From an uncultured delta proteobacterium (GTDB lineage: Bacteria > Desulfobacterota > RBG-13-43-22), in contig CAVUPH010000025.1 of NCBI GenBank assembly GCA_963743305.1, forward strand, positions 1 to 64,000: a stretch of DNA of 64,000 nt, read 5' to 3'. A program made the translations under genes and the position numbers. Position 1 is the first letter of the stretch, and the number at the start of each line of letters is the position of its first letter. This document shows, in pieces, positions 19,168 through 29,275 of this stretch. The notes beneath the pieces were generated by a model. It searched no databases. It worked only from the letters and a program-made list of their open reading frames with translations, and was not told the origin of the DNA.

Positions 19168-20601
19168 ATGGGTACCGGAAACGAGCGGATCCCGCCTCAC
19201 CCCATACTCATTGTTGATGATGAAGTACACGCCGTCAAGGGCTTTGAACTCACGCTGCGCTCCGGCGGGGTTAACAATATCATTCCTTGTTCCGACAGCC
19301 TGCGAGTCTATGAGATCCTGGAGAAAGAGTCGATTGAAATCGTCCTTCTAGACCTGATGATGCCGGACCTATCGGGAGAAGAAATTCTGGCTTCAGTGAA
19401 CGAACGATTTCCGGAGATCCCGGTCATTATGGTAACCGGCATCAATGAAGTCGACACGGCGGTCCGCTGTATGCAGAAAGGGGCCTTCGATTATGTTCTT
19501 AAACCGGTCAACAAGGAAAGACTCCTCCCGGCCATTCGTCGGGCCATGGAGGTCCGTCACCTGCGACGGGAAAATGCCAAGCTGACCCAATCCTTTTTTT
19601 CCGACTCACTGGAGCACCCGGAAAAATTTTCGAAAATTCTGACCCAGTCTTTGAAAATGCAGGCCGTGTTTCATTATTGTGAAGCCGTGTCCGGTGGGAG
19701 TTATCCCATCCTGATAACCGGGGAAACCGGCGTGGGCAAGGAGTTGATTGCCGAAGCCATTCATGCGGTCAGCGGTCGCCCCGGGGAGCTCGTGGCGGTC
19801 AACGTGGCCGGCCTGGATGATAACGTATTTTCGGACACCCTCTTCGGTCACATCAAAGGAGCCTTTACCGACGCGGTCACTGTCCGTGCCGGACAGATTG
19901 AAAAAGCCGCCGGAGGTACACTTTTTCTGGATGAAATCGGGGATCTCAGTCTGCCCTCACAGGTAAAGATGTTAAGGCTCCTTGACAAACATGAATATTT
20001 CCCCCTGGGTTCAGACGTTGCCAAGCCGGCCCGGATACGATTTCTTTTCGCCACCCATAAAGATCTGCGGGCCATGGTCTCCGGAGGCCGTTTCCGAGAA
20101 GACCTCTTTTATCGGCTGCGCACCCATCACATCCATGTCCCTCCTCTGCGCGAGCGCCTGGATGACTTTCCGCTGCTGGTGGACTTTTTTGTTGATTCCG
20201 CCGCCAGGGAATTTCATAAAAGCTGTCCCGCGTACCCTCCGGAATTGGTGACGTTTCTTCAGGGCTATTCATTTCCAGGCAATATCCGAGAACTGCGGTC
20301 CCTGATTTACGACGCGGTGGGGAGAAATCTTTCGGAAATGTTGTCCCTGGCGTTTTTTAAGACCGCCCTAAAAAGCGACTCCCAAGGAATGCCCATTCCC
20401 CTCACCCTGCCTTTTCCCTCCCTTAAACCCTGGTTGGCCCAATTGAAGAAGTTTCCCACCATTAAAGAAACAACCGTAGCGCTGGTCCAGGAAGCCATGG
20501 ACCGGTCCAAGAACAATCAGCGGACCGCCGCCTCGATGCTGGGCATAACTCCCCAGGCCCTGAATCAGCGCTTGAAGAAAGGCCGCCGAAATTCGGGTTG
20601 A
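19168..20601 (+). CDS. Sigma54-dependent response regulator (NtrC family)
   Basis: Receiver (VDDE, LDLMMP, KP), GETGVGKE, GAFTDA, FLDEIGD, FREDLFYRL, FPGNIREL, C-terminal HTH. Confidence 0.94.
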   Translation: MGTGNERIPPHPILIVDDEVHAVKGFELTLRSGGVNNIIPCSDSLRVYEILEKESIEIVLLDLMMPDLSGEEILASVNERFPEIPVIMVTGINEVDTAVRCMQKGAFDYVLKPVNKERLLPAIRRAMEVRHLRRENAKLTQSFFSDSLEHPEKFSKILTQSLKMQAVFHYCEAVSGGSYPILITGETGVGKELIAEAIHAVSGRPGELVAVNVAGLDDNVFSDTLFGHIKGAFTDAVTVRAGQIEKAAGGTLFLDEIGDLSLPSQVKMLRLLDKHEYFPLGSDVAKPARIRFLFATHKDLRAMVSGGRFREDLFYRLRTHHIHVPPLRERLDDFPLLVDFFVDSAAREFHKSCPAYPPELVTFLQGYSFPGNIRELRSLIYDAVGRNLSEMLSLAFFKTALKSDSQGMPIPLTLPFPSLKPWLAQLKKFPTIKETTVALVQEAMDRSKNNQRTAASMLGITPQALNQRLKKGRRNSG

Positions 20602-20647
20602 AGTAAAAACCCGCAAAGATCAAGTTTCCTTACCCTGTCAAGTAATC

Positions 20648-20806
20648 TTGACAACCTCGCATAAAGTCCAAAAACCTGTCATTGCGACCCCGGACTTGAT
20701 CCGGGGGAAGCAATCCCCACCATAGTAACTAGCTGATTCTGGGGGATTGCTTCGTCGCTTCCCTCCTCGCAATGACAGCGCTGGGGACTTTTTGCGAAAC
20801 CATCAA
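20648..20806. mobile_element. Nested MITE-like element: outer IR wrapper around a GTCATTGCGA palindrome
   Basis: Outer TTGACAACCTCGCATAAAGTC / GACTTTTTGCGAAACCATCAA; inner element 20678-20776; AATCTTGA repeated at 20644 and 20805. Confidence 0.7.
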
Positions 20807-20957
20807 TCTTGATCTTCGCCCCAATTCCCTCTTTTCTTAATCACTTACTCCAAAGAACCCGTTATGGATCAATATTTATTGATAAGGGCAGAATACCGAC
20901 TTCAAACAAATAGATACTATCTCATAGAAATATCTAGATATTTTTATTTTGGCCGAT

Positions 20958-20973
20958 TGGCACGCTTCTTTCA
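20958..20973 (+). promoter_or_regulatory. Probable sigma54 (-24/-12) promoter of the acyl-CoA dehydrogenase operon
   Basis: TGGCACG-CTTC-TTTCA (consensus TGGCACG-N4-TTGCW, one mismatch), just downstream of a sigma54 activator gene. Confidence 0.62.
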
Positions 20974-21019
20974 ATAAGATGATCAATAATCACGAATCTT
21001 AGCCTAGGGAGGAATTACA

Positions 21020-22252
21020 ATGCCGAAACAACACTTGGATATTTTTTTAACTCCAGAAGACTTCATGATGCGGGAAATGCTGCGCAGTTTTGTCGACAAG
21101 GAAATCATGCCGGTTCGCCAGCAGATCGATGACGACAAGGATCATATCATTGTGAACCGGATCCTGCAGGGGTTGACCGATCTGGGGACCCAAAAAGCGG
21201 CCTTTCCTCCGGAATATGGTGGAATGGGCGCCAAATCAGCCGTTTCCGCCGGCATTTTGCATGAAGAACTGAGTCGGGGGGACAGCGGATTGTGTACCGC
21301 CCGCGGAGTTACCGGCTGGGCCTGGATCCCGGCCCTGGCGGCCAATAACAAAGTGGTGCTGGATCGTTTCGCCCCCGAGTTTTGCGGAAAGGACCTTAAG
21401 TTCGGTTGCTTCGCCATGACCGAACCCGGCGGTTCCCATGGCGGCGGCGGTTGTGATATCGAAAATTTGAATCTTCATGGAAGGAAGATCAGGACCAAGG
21501 CCGTCCTCGATGGCAACGAGTGGGTAATCAACGGGCAGAAAATGTGGGCCTCCAACAGCGGTATAGCCGATCTTTATTGTGTCGTCTGCACCACCGATCC
21601 CGACCTGGGTGACGAGGGTGTGGCCCTGATCTATGTGCCGAAAGGCGCCCAGGGCCTGTCCTTCGGCAACAATGAAAAAAAGGCCGGCATGGCGGCGGAC
21701 AAAAATCACCCCATGTTTTTAGAAAACGTTCGGGTGCCCAAGGAATGGCGGGCCGCCGGACCGGGGGTGGATGCGGATTTGCTGCATAACAATCTGGTCA
21801 TCGGGCGGATCGTCACCGCCGCCTCGGCGGTCGGCCAGGCTCAAGGCGCCTTTGAGACCGTGTTGAAATACACGGGCGAGCGGATCGTAGCCGATAAACC
21901 GATTCGGCAGCATTCGATCGCCGCCGGGATCCTGGCGGATATGGCCATCGGCATCGAGACGGCCCGCTGGTCTTACCTGGTAGCCGCCTGGATGTACGAT
22001 CATCCGGAAACGTACGGCGCCCCCACCTCGACTTTCATGCTGTCACGTGGAAGCATCGCCAAAATGCACGCCTGCGACGTGGCCGTATCGGTTACCAATA
22101 AAGCCATGGAATTGATGGGGGCCTTCGGCTACGTCCGGGATTATGATGTGGAAAAATATTGGCGGGACTGCAAGATGATCCAGTTGTGGGAAGGGGGCGC
22201 CCAGTTGGGGCGTTTTGACGTCTGCCGCGGGTATTACGATCTGAATCTATAG
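21020..22252 (+). CDS. Acyl-CoA dehydrogenase
   Basis: FAMTEPG, WVINGQKMW, LENVRVP, MELMGAFGY.RDY.VEKYWRD, LWEGG. Confidence 0.94.
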   Translation: MPKQHLDIFLTPEDFMMREMLRSFVDKEIMPVRQQIDDDKDHIIVNRILQGLTDLGTQKAAFPPEYGGMGAKSAVSAGILHEELSRGDSGLCTARGVTGWAWIPALAANNKVVLDRFAPEFCGKDLKFGCFAMTEPGGSHGGGGCDIENLNLHGRKIRTKAVLDGNEWVINGQKMWASNSGIADLYCVVCTTDPDLGDEGVALIYVPKGAQGLSFGNNEKKAGMAADKNHPMFLENVRVPKEWRAAGPGVDADLLHNNLVIGRIVTAASAVGQAQGAFETVLKYTGERIVADKPIRQHSIAAGILADMAIGIETARWSYLVAAWMYDHPETYGAPTSTFMLSRGSIAKMHACDVAVSVTNKAMELMGAFGYVRDYDVEKYWRDCKMIQLWEGGAQLGRFDVCRGYYDLNL

Positions 22253-22268
22253 AGCGGAGGATTTTTCA

Positions 22269-22628
22269 ATGGCTAAAAGCATCATTTTGTACAATTTGAA
22301 AGAAAGCGTCACCGACGCCGATTACCAGAAATGGTGTAACGACTACAAGGGACCCTTTTTCCTATCTCTCGGCTCTTGCAAAGCATTTACCCTGGTTCAG
22401 ATGCTCGGAGGGATAAAAGGGAACGGGGTCAAGGGCGCACCACCGGAGCCAACCCCGCCCCCGTTCAAATACCTTGGGATCGTGGATGTCGACAGCCTGG
22501 AAGCCTGGCAGAAGGATACCGAGACGAAAGGCTTTAAAGAAGAATTCTTTCCCCAGTGGTTCTCCCAGTGGGTGGCCGATTTTTATGTTTTGGTCGGTAT
22601 GGAAATTTATCAAGGAAAACGCAACTGA
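22269..22628 (+). CDS. Hypothetical protein, possible dimeric alpha/beta-barrel (EthD/HapK-like)
   Basis: RBS GGAGG; ILYNLKE.V...DYQKW...FKYLGIVDVDSLEAW pattern. Confidence 0.6.
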   Translation: MAKSIILYNLKESVTDADYQKWCNDYKGPFFLSLGSCKAFTLVQMLGGIKGNGVKGAPPEPTPPPFKYLGIVDVDSLEAWQKDTETKGFKEEFFPQWFSQWVADFYVLVGMEIYQGKRN

Positions 22629-22830
22629 GCCGGAAACTCTTCGGAAGTATCCCCGGGTTGACCCCTCAAGAATCCGCACTCCAAGGGGTGCGGATTCTTG
22701 CATTTATTTGACCATTAATCTATTATAGGCGCCGGTTGGGTCCGGAGTATCGTCCAAGTCGAAACCGGCCCTGGAAGTTCTCGTAATCCGCAGAGGATGG
22801 GGTCAAAGACTTCATAGAGGAGGAACCAAG

Positions 22831-23211
22831 ATGGGATCGATTCAAGAAAATAACAAAGAAATCGTAAAAAGGTTTTATGATCTTATTATCAATAAGAAAG
22901 ATTTTGAAGCCGCCCGGCCGTATATCGGCCCCCGATACAAGCAGCACAATCCCCTGGTCAAAGATTATCCTGAAGGCCTCAAAGAGTTTATCGAATTTCT
23001 CAAAACCAATTACCCGGAAGCCCGGAGCGAAATCAAGCGGATCATCGCGGAGGATGATTATGTCGTCCTCCACGTTCATTCGATACGGTCTCCGAAACTT
23101 CAGCGGGCCATTATCGAGATCTTCAGGCTGGAAAACGGCCGGATCGACGAGCACTGGGACGTAATCCAGGAAATTCCCGAATCCTCGGCAAATCCGAACG
23201 GGATGTTCTAA
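22831..23211 (+). CDS. SnoaL/NTF2-like family protein
   Basis: NKEIV.RFY, YKQHNP.V.D..EG, IAEDDYVVLH, IFRLENGRIDEHWDVIQ. Confidence 0.9.
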   Translation: MGSIQENNKEIVKRFYDLIINKKDFEAARPYIGPRYKQHNPLVKDYPEGLKEFIEFLKTNYPEARSEIKRIIAEDDYVVLHVHSIRSPKLQRAIIEIFRLENGRIDEHWDVIQEIPESSANPNGMF

Positions 23212-23234
23212 AAATCTTCAGATGACTTGAATGG

Positions 23235-23267
23235 AGGGGCAGGAATCGATTTCTTCCTGCCCCTTTT
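23235..23267 (+). terminator. Rho-independent terminator
   Basis: AGGGGCAGGAA/TTCCTGCCCCT stem followed by a T-run, between convergent genes. Confidence 0.75.
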
Positions 23268-23300
23268 ATATCCCGGAAGGATAGGAATGGGCCGTATCGA

Positions 23301-24008
23301 TCAGGCCTCCTGTATATTGCCGGTGTTCCCCAATATCTTCTTGACCAGCTCCGAAAGCGCGTCCCTTATGATGCTCCCGTCGTTGTTTTTGTCCATTTGG
23401 GCGAACAAATCATCCAGCCGACTCTGTTGACTGGCGTCGGTCACCGAGCCTGAACCGCCCGGACCCCCCGGCGGGGGTGGGGCATTCTCCCGCATGAAAC
23501 TGTCCAGTTCCGCCTTGCTCAACTTCCCGTCTCCGTCCGCATCGTAGGTGGAAAAAGTATCGTCCCCGTTCAGCGCGTTGCCCGTATCTTCCGACAACTT
23601 CTTGGCCAGGTCCGACAGCTCGTCTTTACTAATGCTCCCGTCGTTGTTCTTGTCCACTCGGGCGAACAAATCATCCAGCCGACTCTGTTGACTGGCGTCG
23701 GTCACCGAGCCTGAACCGCCCGGACCCCCCGGCGGGGGTGGGGCATTCTCCCGCATGAAACTGCCCAGTTCCGCCTTGCTCAACTTCCCGTCTCCGTCCG
23801 CATCGTAGGTGGAAAAAATATCGTCCACGTTCAACGTGTTGCCGGTAGCTTCCGACAACTTCTTGGCCATCTCCGATATTTCCACTTTGTCGATGCCGCC
23901 GTCCCCGTCACTATCTACTTTCTTGAATAAATCATTTCGATGCATCTGCAAGGATGGCATGGCCATCTGACTGTACAGACTGTTCGTAGAACCGACATTG
24001 TTGACCAT
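23301..24008 (-). CDS. EF-hand calcium-binding protein 1 with internal tandem duplication
   Basis: Loops DSDGDGGIDKVE, DADGDGKLSKAE (x2), DKNNDGSISKDE; PPPPGGPGG linkers; 261-bp near-identical repeat; RBS AAGGAGG. Confidence 0.9.
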   Translation of the reverse strand: MVNNVGSTNSLYSQMAMPSLQMHRNDLFKKVDSDGDGGIDKVEISEMAKKLSEATGNTLNVDDIFSTYDADGDGKLSKAELGSFMRENAPPPPGGPGGSGSVTDASQQSRLDDLFARVDKNNDGSISKDELSDLAKKLSEDTGNALNGDDTFSTYDADGDGKLSKAELDSFMRENAPPPPGGPGGSGSVTDASQQSRLDDLFAQMDKNNDGSIIRDALSELVKKILGNTGNIQEA

Positions 24009-24069
24009 AAGGTCCTCCTTTTAAAGTATTTTGTTACTGCCAGCGCCTCCCGGGATATCCTCCTTCTGA

Positions 24070-24085
24070 AGCAAAACAAATGCCA
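24070..24085 (-). promoter_or_regulatory. Sigma54 promoter of EF-hand gene 1
   Basis: Minus strand TGGCAT-TTGTT-TTGCT, about 60 nt upstream of the ATG. Confidence 0.78.
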
Positions 24086-24120
24086 GAAATCCGGCCGGCG
24101 GGAGATAGATCCCCGGACAA

Positions 24121-24345
24121 TCATTCGGATAAGTTACGCTTGCTGACCTGCCCGCCAACCCTTTTTTTTCGTTTATCTGCGAACAATTCCGCGGCCTGGT
24201 GGAGAAAGATCGATTTCCAGTTCTTGATCTGGTTGGGATGAACCTGATAGAGGGCAGCCAATTCCAACAGGCTCTTTTTCCCACGCAGGAGTTCCAGTAC
24301 GATCTGCGCCTTAAACGTTCCGCTGTAGGTTCGTCTCTTGGTCAT
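24121..24345 (-). CDS. Solitary IS3-type OrfA-like HTH protein (no DDE partner)
   Basis: RRTYSGTFKAQIVLELLRGKKSL.ELA..YQVHPNQI.NWK..F. Confidence 0.75.
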   Translation of the reverse strand: MTKRRTYSGTFKAQIVLELLRGKKSLLELAALYQVHPNQIKNWKSIFLHQAAELFADKRKKRVGGQVSKRNLSE

Positions 24346-24480
24346 AAACGTAACGTATCCGTTTAATCATTTTTTTTTGAATGCGCTGCCGGTCGACCGC
24401 CGGAGGCCGTCTCTCGGTCGGGACCGCGGAACATTTTTTCCGAGTTCCCAGGGAAATTATTTCCGAGATCGGAATGGAAA

Positions 24481-25686
24481 TCATTCGTAGCGTAGCGCCT
24501 CGATCGGGTCCATACGGGCTGCTTTGAGGGCCGGAAAATAACCGAAAATGACCCCCACCGCGGCAGAAAACAGAAAGGCGATACCCACGATGCCGGGGTT
24601 AAAGATGAAAGGCACGCGCAACACTCCCGAAAGCCAGACAGACGCCGTGAGGGCCAGTGCAATGCCGACCAATCCGCCGAAAGAGGAAAGCACCACTGCT
24701 TCCACCAGGAATTGCAGGAGCACCTCACGCTCGAAAGCGCCGATGGCCAGACGGATGCCGATCTCGCGGGTGCGTTCGGTGACCGACACCAGCATGATGT
24801 TCATGATACCGATGCCGCCGACCAGCAGGCTGACGGCGGCTACGGCGCTCAGCAGGGCCGTCAGCAGTTGGGTGGTCCCGGTAAGCATGTTGGCGATCTC
24901 CTTCAGGTCCATGACATTGAAGTTGTCGTCATCACGGGGCGAAAGATGACGCCTCTCTCGCAGCAATAAACGAATATCCTGCTGTGCTTTATCGGTCGAG
25001 GCGCCCTGCTGGACCGAAACCTGAAAGAGAGAGACGTCCTGGTTACCGGAAATACGCCGCTGAAACGTACGTAACGGGATCACGACGATATCGTCCTGGT
25101 CCATGCCCATAGTGTTCTGCCCTTTGGCCCTCAGGATGCCGATCACTTGACAGGAGAGTTTTTCCAGACGAATAGTTCCCCCCAAAGGATCCTGCCCGCC
25201 GAACAATTTCTGGCGCACGGTCTCGCCCAAGATACAGACCGCCGCACCGGCGCGCAGCTCGCTCTCGCTGAAGGCTTGGCCCGCCCGGACGGATCTGTTC
25301 GTCACCCGGAAATACTCATTATCGCTTCCGGTTACGCTGGTCGACCAGTTTTCATTGCCTAAGACGGCTTGGAGGCTTTTGGAGGAGACCGGAGCTACGG
25401 CGGCAATAGCGCTGACGTTTCTGAGGATAGCCTCTCCATCGCTCACCTTGAACAAAGCGGTGTTGGAAGACTGACCGGGGCCAAGCCTTTTCCCGGGAGT
25501 CACCATTAACAGGTTGCTGCCCATACCGGCAATCTGCTCCTTGACCTGGGCGGTGGCTCCGCCGCCGATGGTCACCATGACGATGACCGAAGCCACACCG
25601 ATAACGATTCCCAAGATGGTTAGAAACGACCGGAGGATATTGCGTTTGATTTCACGCCAAGCCAGTAAAATGGTGGTCCAGAGCAT
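24481..25686 (-). CDS. MacB-family ABC permease
   Basis: RSFLTILGIVIGVASV, SLLVGGIGIMNIMLVSVTERTREIGIR.AIGA, PA.KAARMDPIEALRYE. Confidence 0.95.
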   Translation of the reverse strand: MLWTTILLAWREIKRNILRSFLTILGIVIGVASVIVMVTIGGGATAQVKEQIAGMGSNLLMVTPGKRLGPGQSSNTALFKVSDGEAILRNVSAIAAVAPVSSKSLQAVLGNENWSTSVTGSDNEYFRVTNRSVRAGQAFSESELRAGAAVCILGETVRQKLFGGQDPLGGTIRLEKLSCQVIGILRAKGQNTMGMDQDDIVVIPLRTFQRRISGNQDVSLFQVSVQQGASTDKAQQDIRLLLRERRHLSPRDDDNFNVMDLKEIANMLTGTTQLLTALLSAVAAVSLLVGGIGIMNIMLVSVTERTREIGIRLAIGAFEREVLLQFLVEAVVLSSFGGLVGIALALTASVWLSGVLRVPFIFNPGIVGIAFLFSAAVGVIFGYFPALKAARMDPIEALRYE

Positions 25687-26414
25687 CAGGCGGCCCACCC
25701 GTTTTGCTTGTCGGAAGCAACCCGACCGTCCCGGAAATGGATAATGCGCTTGGCATAGGCCGCCATATCCGGTTCGTGAGTGACCATGGCTATGGTGATC
25801 CCCCGGTCGCGGTTCAGGCCGCTGAGCAGGTCCATGATTTCACGGCTGCGGGCCGTATCCAGGTTGCCCGTAGGTTCGTCCGCCAACAACACGGCGGGTT
25901 CGGTCACGATGGCCCGGGCGATAGCCACCCGCTGTTGCTGACCTCCCGAAAGTTCGCCGGAGGTATGGGATTCCCAGCCCTTGAGACCGACGGTTTCCAA
26001 AGTCTTGAGGGCCTGCGCTCGCCGCACGACGTGGGGGATCCCGCGATAGATCAAAGGCAGCTCGACGTTCTCCAGCGCGGAGGTGCGGTGTAATAAATTA
26101 TAGCCCTGAAAGACAAAACCAAGGTAGAACCGGCGCAACCGCGTGCGCTGGTTGCGGGTCATTTGGCCGACCTCCAGGCCTTTGAACTTATACCCCCCCC
26201 CGGTTGGCGTATCCAGACAGCCGAGGAGGTTCATGCAGGTAGACTTGCCCGAACCGCTGGGACCCATTACCGCCACAAACTCGCCCTCCTCGATGCGCAA
26301 ATCGATGCCGCGCAGGGCCTGCATGGCTGCTTGGCCGGTGCCGTACACTTTCGTCACGCCCTGCAGCTCAATCAGGGGTTGGTTGTCTGGTTGATTCTGG
26401 TTCATCGGGCTCAT
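25686..26414 (-). CDS. MacB/LolD-type ABC ATP-binding protein
   Basis: [38 protein letters not shown]. Confidence 0.95.
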   Translation of the reverse strand: MSPMNQNQPDNQPLIELQGVTKVYGTGQAAMQALRGIDLRIEEGEFVAVMGPSGSGKSTCMNLLGCLDTPTGGGYKFKGLEVGQMTRNQRTRLRRFYLGFVFQGYNLLHRTSALENVELPLIYRGIPHVVRRAQALKTLETVGLKGWESHTSGELSGGQQQRVAIARAIVTEPAVLLADEPTGNLDTARSREIMDLLSGLNRDRGITIAMVTHEPDMAAYAKRIIHFRDGRVASDKQNGWAA

Positions 26415-27712
26415 TTCCCTGCACCGACGGTGTCGACCACCACCGCCATGCCCGGCTGGATTTCACCGGCCGTCACTTCCGTCTTGGCTCCATCGGTCGA
26501 CCCGATCGTGACCGGGATGGCTGTCGGTTGCCCATCCTTCAAGGTCCAGACGCGCTGCTCCTTTGGGTTGCCGGAAATGTCCCTTCCTGACTTCGGCCCG
26601 GAACCGGGTGGACGCGGAAGCAGTGAACCAATGAGACTTGTTGAACCCTTTTGCTCCGGTTTCTCTTCCTCCTGCACGGACGGTGTAAAACGCAACGCCG
26701 CACTGGGTATGAGGAGGACGTTTTCGACTTTATTGACCGTGATGTCCGCGGTAGCCGTCATGCCTGGCCGCAGGGCGAGGTCGGCGTTGTTGACCTTGAG
26801 CACGGTTTCGTAGGTCACTACCCCGGAGGTCGTCGACGATCCGAAACGGGTCTGGGTGATCCGGGCCTCGAAGGTTCGATGGGGGTAGCCGGCGACACGG
26901 AAGATGGCCTCCTGACCTTCCCGCACTTTGCCGATGTCGGCCTCGTCCACATTCACATGCAGTTCCATCTGGATCAAGTCCTGGGCCAGGGTGAACAGCA
27001 CCGGAGCGGTAAAGGAGGCGGCCACGGTCTGCCCGGGCTCGATGCTGCGGGTGAGAACCACACCGTTAATGGGAGATCGGATCACCGATTTGGACAGATC
27101 GGTCTCGTTCGCCTTTACCGTGGCCTCGGCCTGGGAGACTGCCGCCCTGGCGCTGGCTTCATCGGCCTTGGCCCGCTCGAAGGCCGCTTCGGCCGCATCC
27201 AGTTCCGATTGGGCAGGGACTTTGCCCTGGCTCAGTTCCCTGACCCGCCGAAACTGGGCCAGCTTGGCCCGGGTTTCCGCCACGGTCGCCTGGGTTTGAA
27301 GGACTTTAGCCTGGGCTGCCTCCAGAGCGGCCCGGGATTGGGTCAGCGTCGCTTCCAATTTGGTGGTGTCCAGTTTGGCCAGAACCTGCCCGACTTTCAC
27401 TGTACCGTTATAGTCCACTTCAACGCTCTTCACGGTTCCGGACAACTCGCAGCCCACGTCCACCGAATTCGTTGGTTTCAGGGTACCGGTGGCCGTGACG
27501 ATGACCGTTAAATTGCCGCGCTTGACTTCCTCGGTTTTATACGACGTGGTCTCGGACGTACCCGATATCCTCCAGACTACGATTCCGGCCAGGACCACGA
27601 TCACCACCAGGCCCAAAATGATCCATCGTTTCCAGCGCTGGCCGTTTCCTTGTGGTTGATCTAATTCCAGAGTCCGCGCCAGATCGGAGTCTGGATTGGT
27701 TTTTGATATCAT
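26411..27712 (-). CDS. MacA-like periplasmic adaptor (membrane fusion protein)
   Basis: N-terminal TM, TATGTL.P...VDVG.ELSG, IRSPINGVV, VDEADIG.V, LRPGMTA. Confidence 0.93.
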   Translation of the reverse strand: MISKTNPDSDLARTLELDQPQGNGQRWKRWIILGLVVIVVLAGIVVWRISGTSETTSYKTEEVKRGNLTVIVTATGTLKPTNSVDVGCELSGTVKSVEVDYNGTVKVGQVLAKLDTTKLEATLTQSRAALEAAQAKVLQTQATVAETRAKLAQFRRVRELSQGKVPAQSELDAAEAAFERAKADEASARAAVSQAEATVKANETDLSKSVIRSPINGVVLTRSIEPGQTVAASFTAPVLFTLAQDLIQMELHVNVDEADIGKVREGQEAIFRVAGYPHRTFEARITQTRFGSSTTSGVVTYETVLKVNNADLALRPGMTATADITVNKVENVLLIPSAALRFTPSVQEEEKPEQKGSTSLIGSLLPRPPGSGPKSGRDISGNPKEQRVWTLKDGQPTAIPVTIGSTDGAKTEVTAGEIQPGMAVVVDTVGAGK

Positions 27713-29158
27713 GGGATTTCTCCATCCAGGGAGGTCCATCCGCCTCCGAGGGCCTTATACAAACGAACCAGGTTGGAAGCAATGTTTCCCTCGCTTTGGG
27801 CTAATTGTTCTTGAAAGGAAAGCAGGGAACGTTGCGCCTCCAGGACATTGTTGAAATCGGTAAGTCCCGCCTCGTATTTTTGCCGGGCCAACCCGACCGC
27901 TTTCCGCGCGGCGTCTGTAGCTTCACTTAATGATTGCCTTCGCCGTTGGACCTCGGCATAGGCCGCCAGGACGTTTTCAACCTCCTCCAGGGCCGTGAGC
28001 ACGGCCGCTTCATAGGCCAGCAGGTACTGTTCCTGAAGTGCCGACTGCACCTCGATGTTTTGGCGGATAGCCGCGCCTTTGAAGATCGCCCAGGTGATTT
28101 TTGGCCCGCCGGCCAGGCTCCAAACGGCGGAAGACAGATTGGTCAAAGAAAGGGCTTCCAGGCCGATGGAACCGTTCAGCGTGAACTTGGGATAGAGGTC
28201 CGCCGTGGCCACACCGATCCGCGCCGTCTGGGCCGCCAGTTGGCGCTCGGCCTGGCGCACATCGGGCCGCCGCCTCAGTAGGTCAGCCGGCACACCCACG
28301 GCAACGCTCAAGGGTGGGACCGGAAAAGGCTCTCCGTTTCTTCAGTTCCGAATGGACCTGGCCGGGTTGTTCTCCCAGGAGCACGGCGATGCGGTTTAGG
28401 GCTTCCTCCAGTTTGGTGTGCAGCGCCGGTATCAAAGAACGTGTATTCTCGAGACTATAGCGGGCCTGCTGGACGGCGAGTTCGTCACTCAGCCCCGCCT
28501 CGTACCGCCATTGGGTCAACTGGTAGGTCTCGCTTTGGGCTCCCAGGTTCTCTTCGGCCACGACAATTTGGACCTGGGCGGTGCGCACATCGATGTAATT
28601 CAGGGCCACTTCCGCCAGCAGGGAGACGAGGACGTTGCGCAGGTTCTCCTGGGTAGCCTGCCAATCCGCTTCGGCCGCCTCGAGGGAGCGACGGAAGCCG
28701 CCAAAAACGTCCAGCTCCCAGCCGGCATCCAGTCCCGCCGCGTAGAGGTCAACGGTCTCGCCGGATCCTTTGTCTTTGCTGAAACGGCTCCAGTTAGCGG
28801 AAGCCGCGCCGTCGAGGGTCGGGAAGAAGTCGGCCTGGACGATGCCCCGCCGGGCCCGCGCCTCGCGAACCCGGGCCCGGGCCTTTTTGAGGTCCAGGTT
28901 CCCGGCCTCGGCTCGGTCCATCAAGCTGGAAAGCCGGGGATCGTTCAAGGTTCGCCACCAGGCCGAAAGATTTCCAGGGGCTTTTACCCCGACGGTCAGT
29001 CCTTCCGGCAGCGGCGTGTGCCAATCGGCAGGCGTGGCCGTGTCCGGCCGGACATAGTTCGGTCCGACGGCGGCGCATCCGGAAAGGAGCAAGACCAGCG
29101 ACAGGAGCAGCCAACAGGTTGGTAACTGAATTAATCTTACTAGGATTGCTTTTTTCAT
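27709..29158 (-). CDS. NodT/TolC-family outer-membrane efflux lipoprotein, one frameshift near 28320
   Basis: Lipobox LLSGC-AAVGPNY.RP, WELDVFG, PADLLRRRPDVRQAE, LYKALGGGW spread over two ORFs. Confidence 0.9.
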
Positions 29159-29275
29159 TATGGTTAGGCAATTTACAGAGCAATTGTGAAACAATTATGG
29201 AGGGAATAAGGATATTTCGAGGTGATAGACCTTTTGTCTTGACGATTGGCAGAAATAGATACCAAAATAATCCCC

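Noticed and set aside
19858-19875. GAFTDA instead of GAFTGA in the sigma54 activator
   Set aside because: A common natural variant; not evidence of novelty or loss of function.
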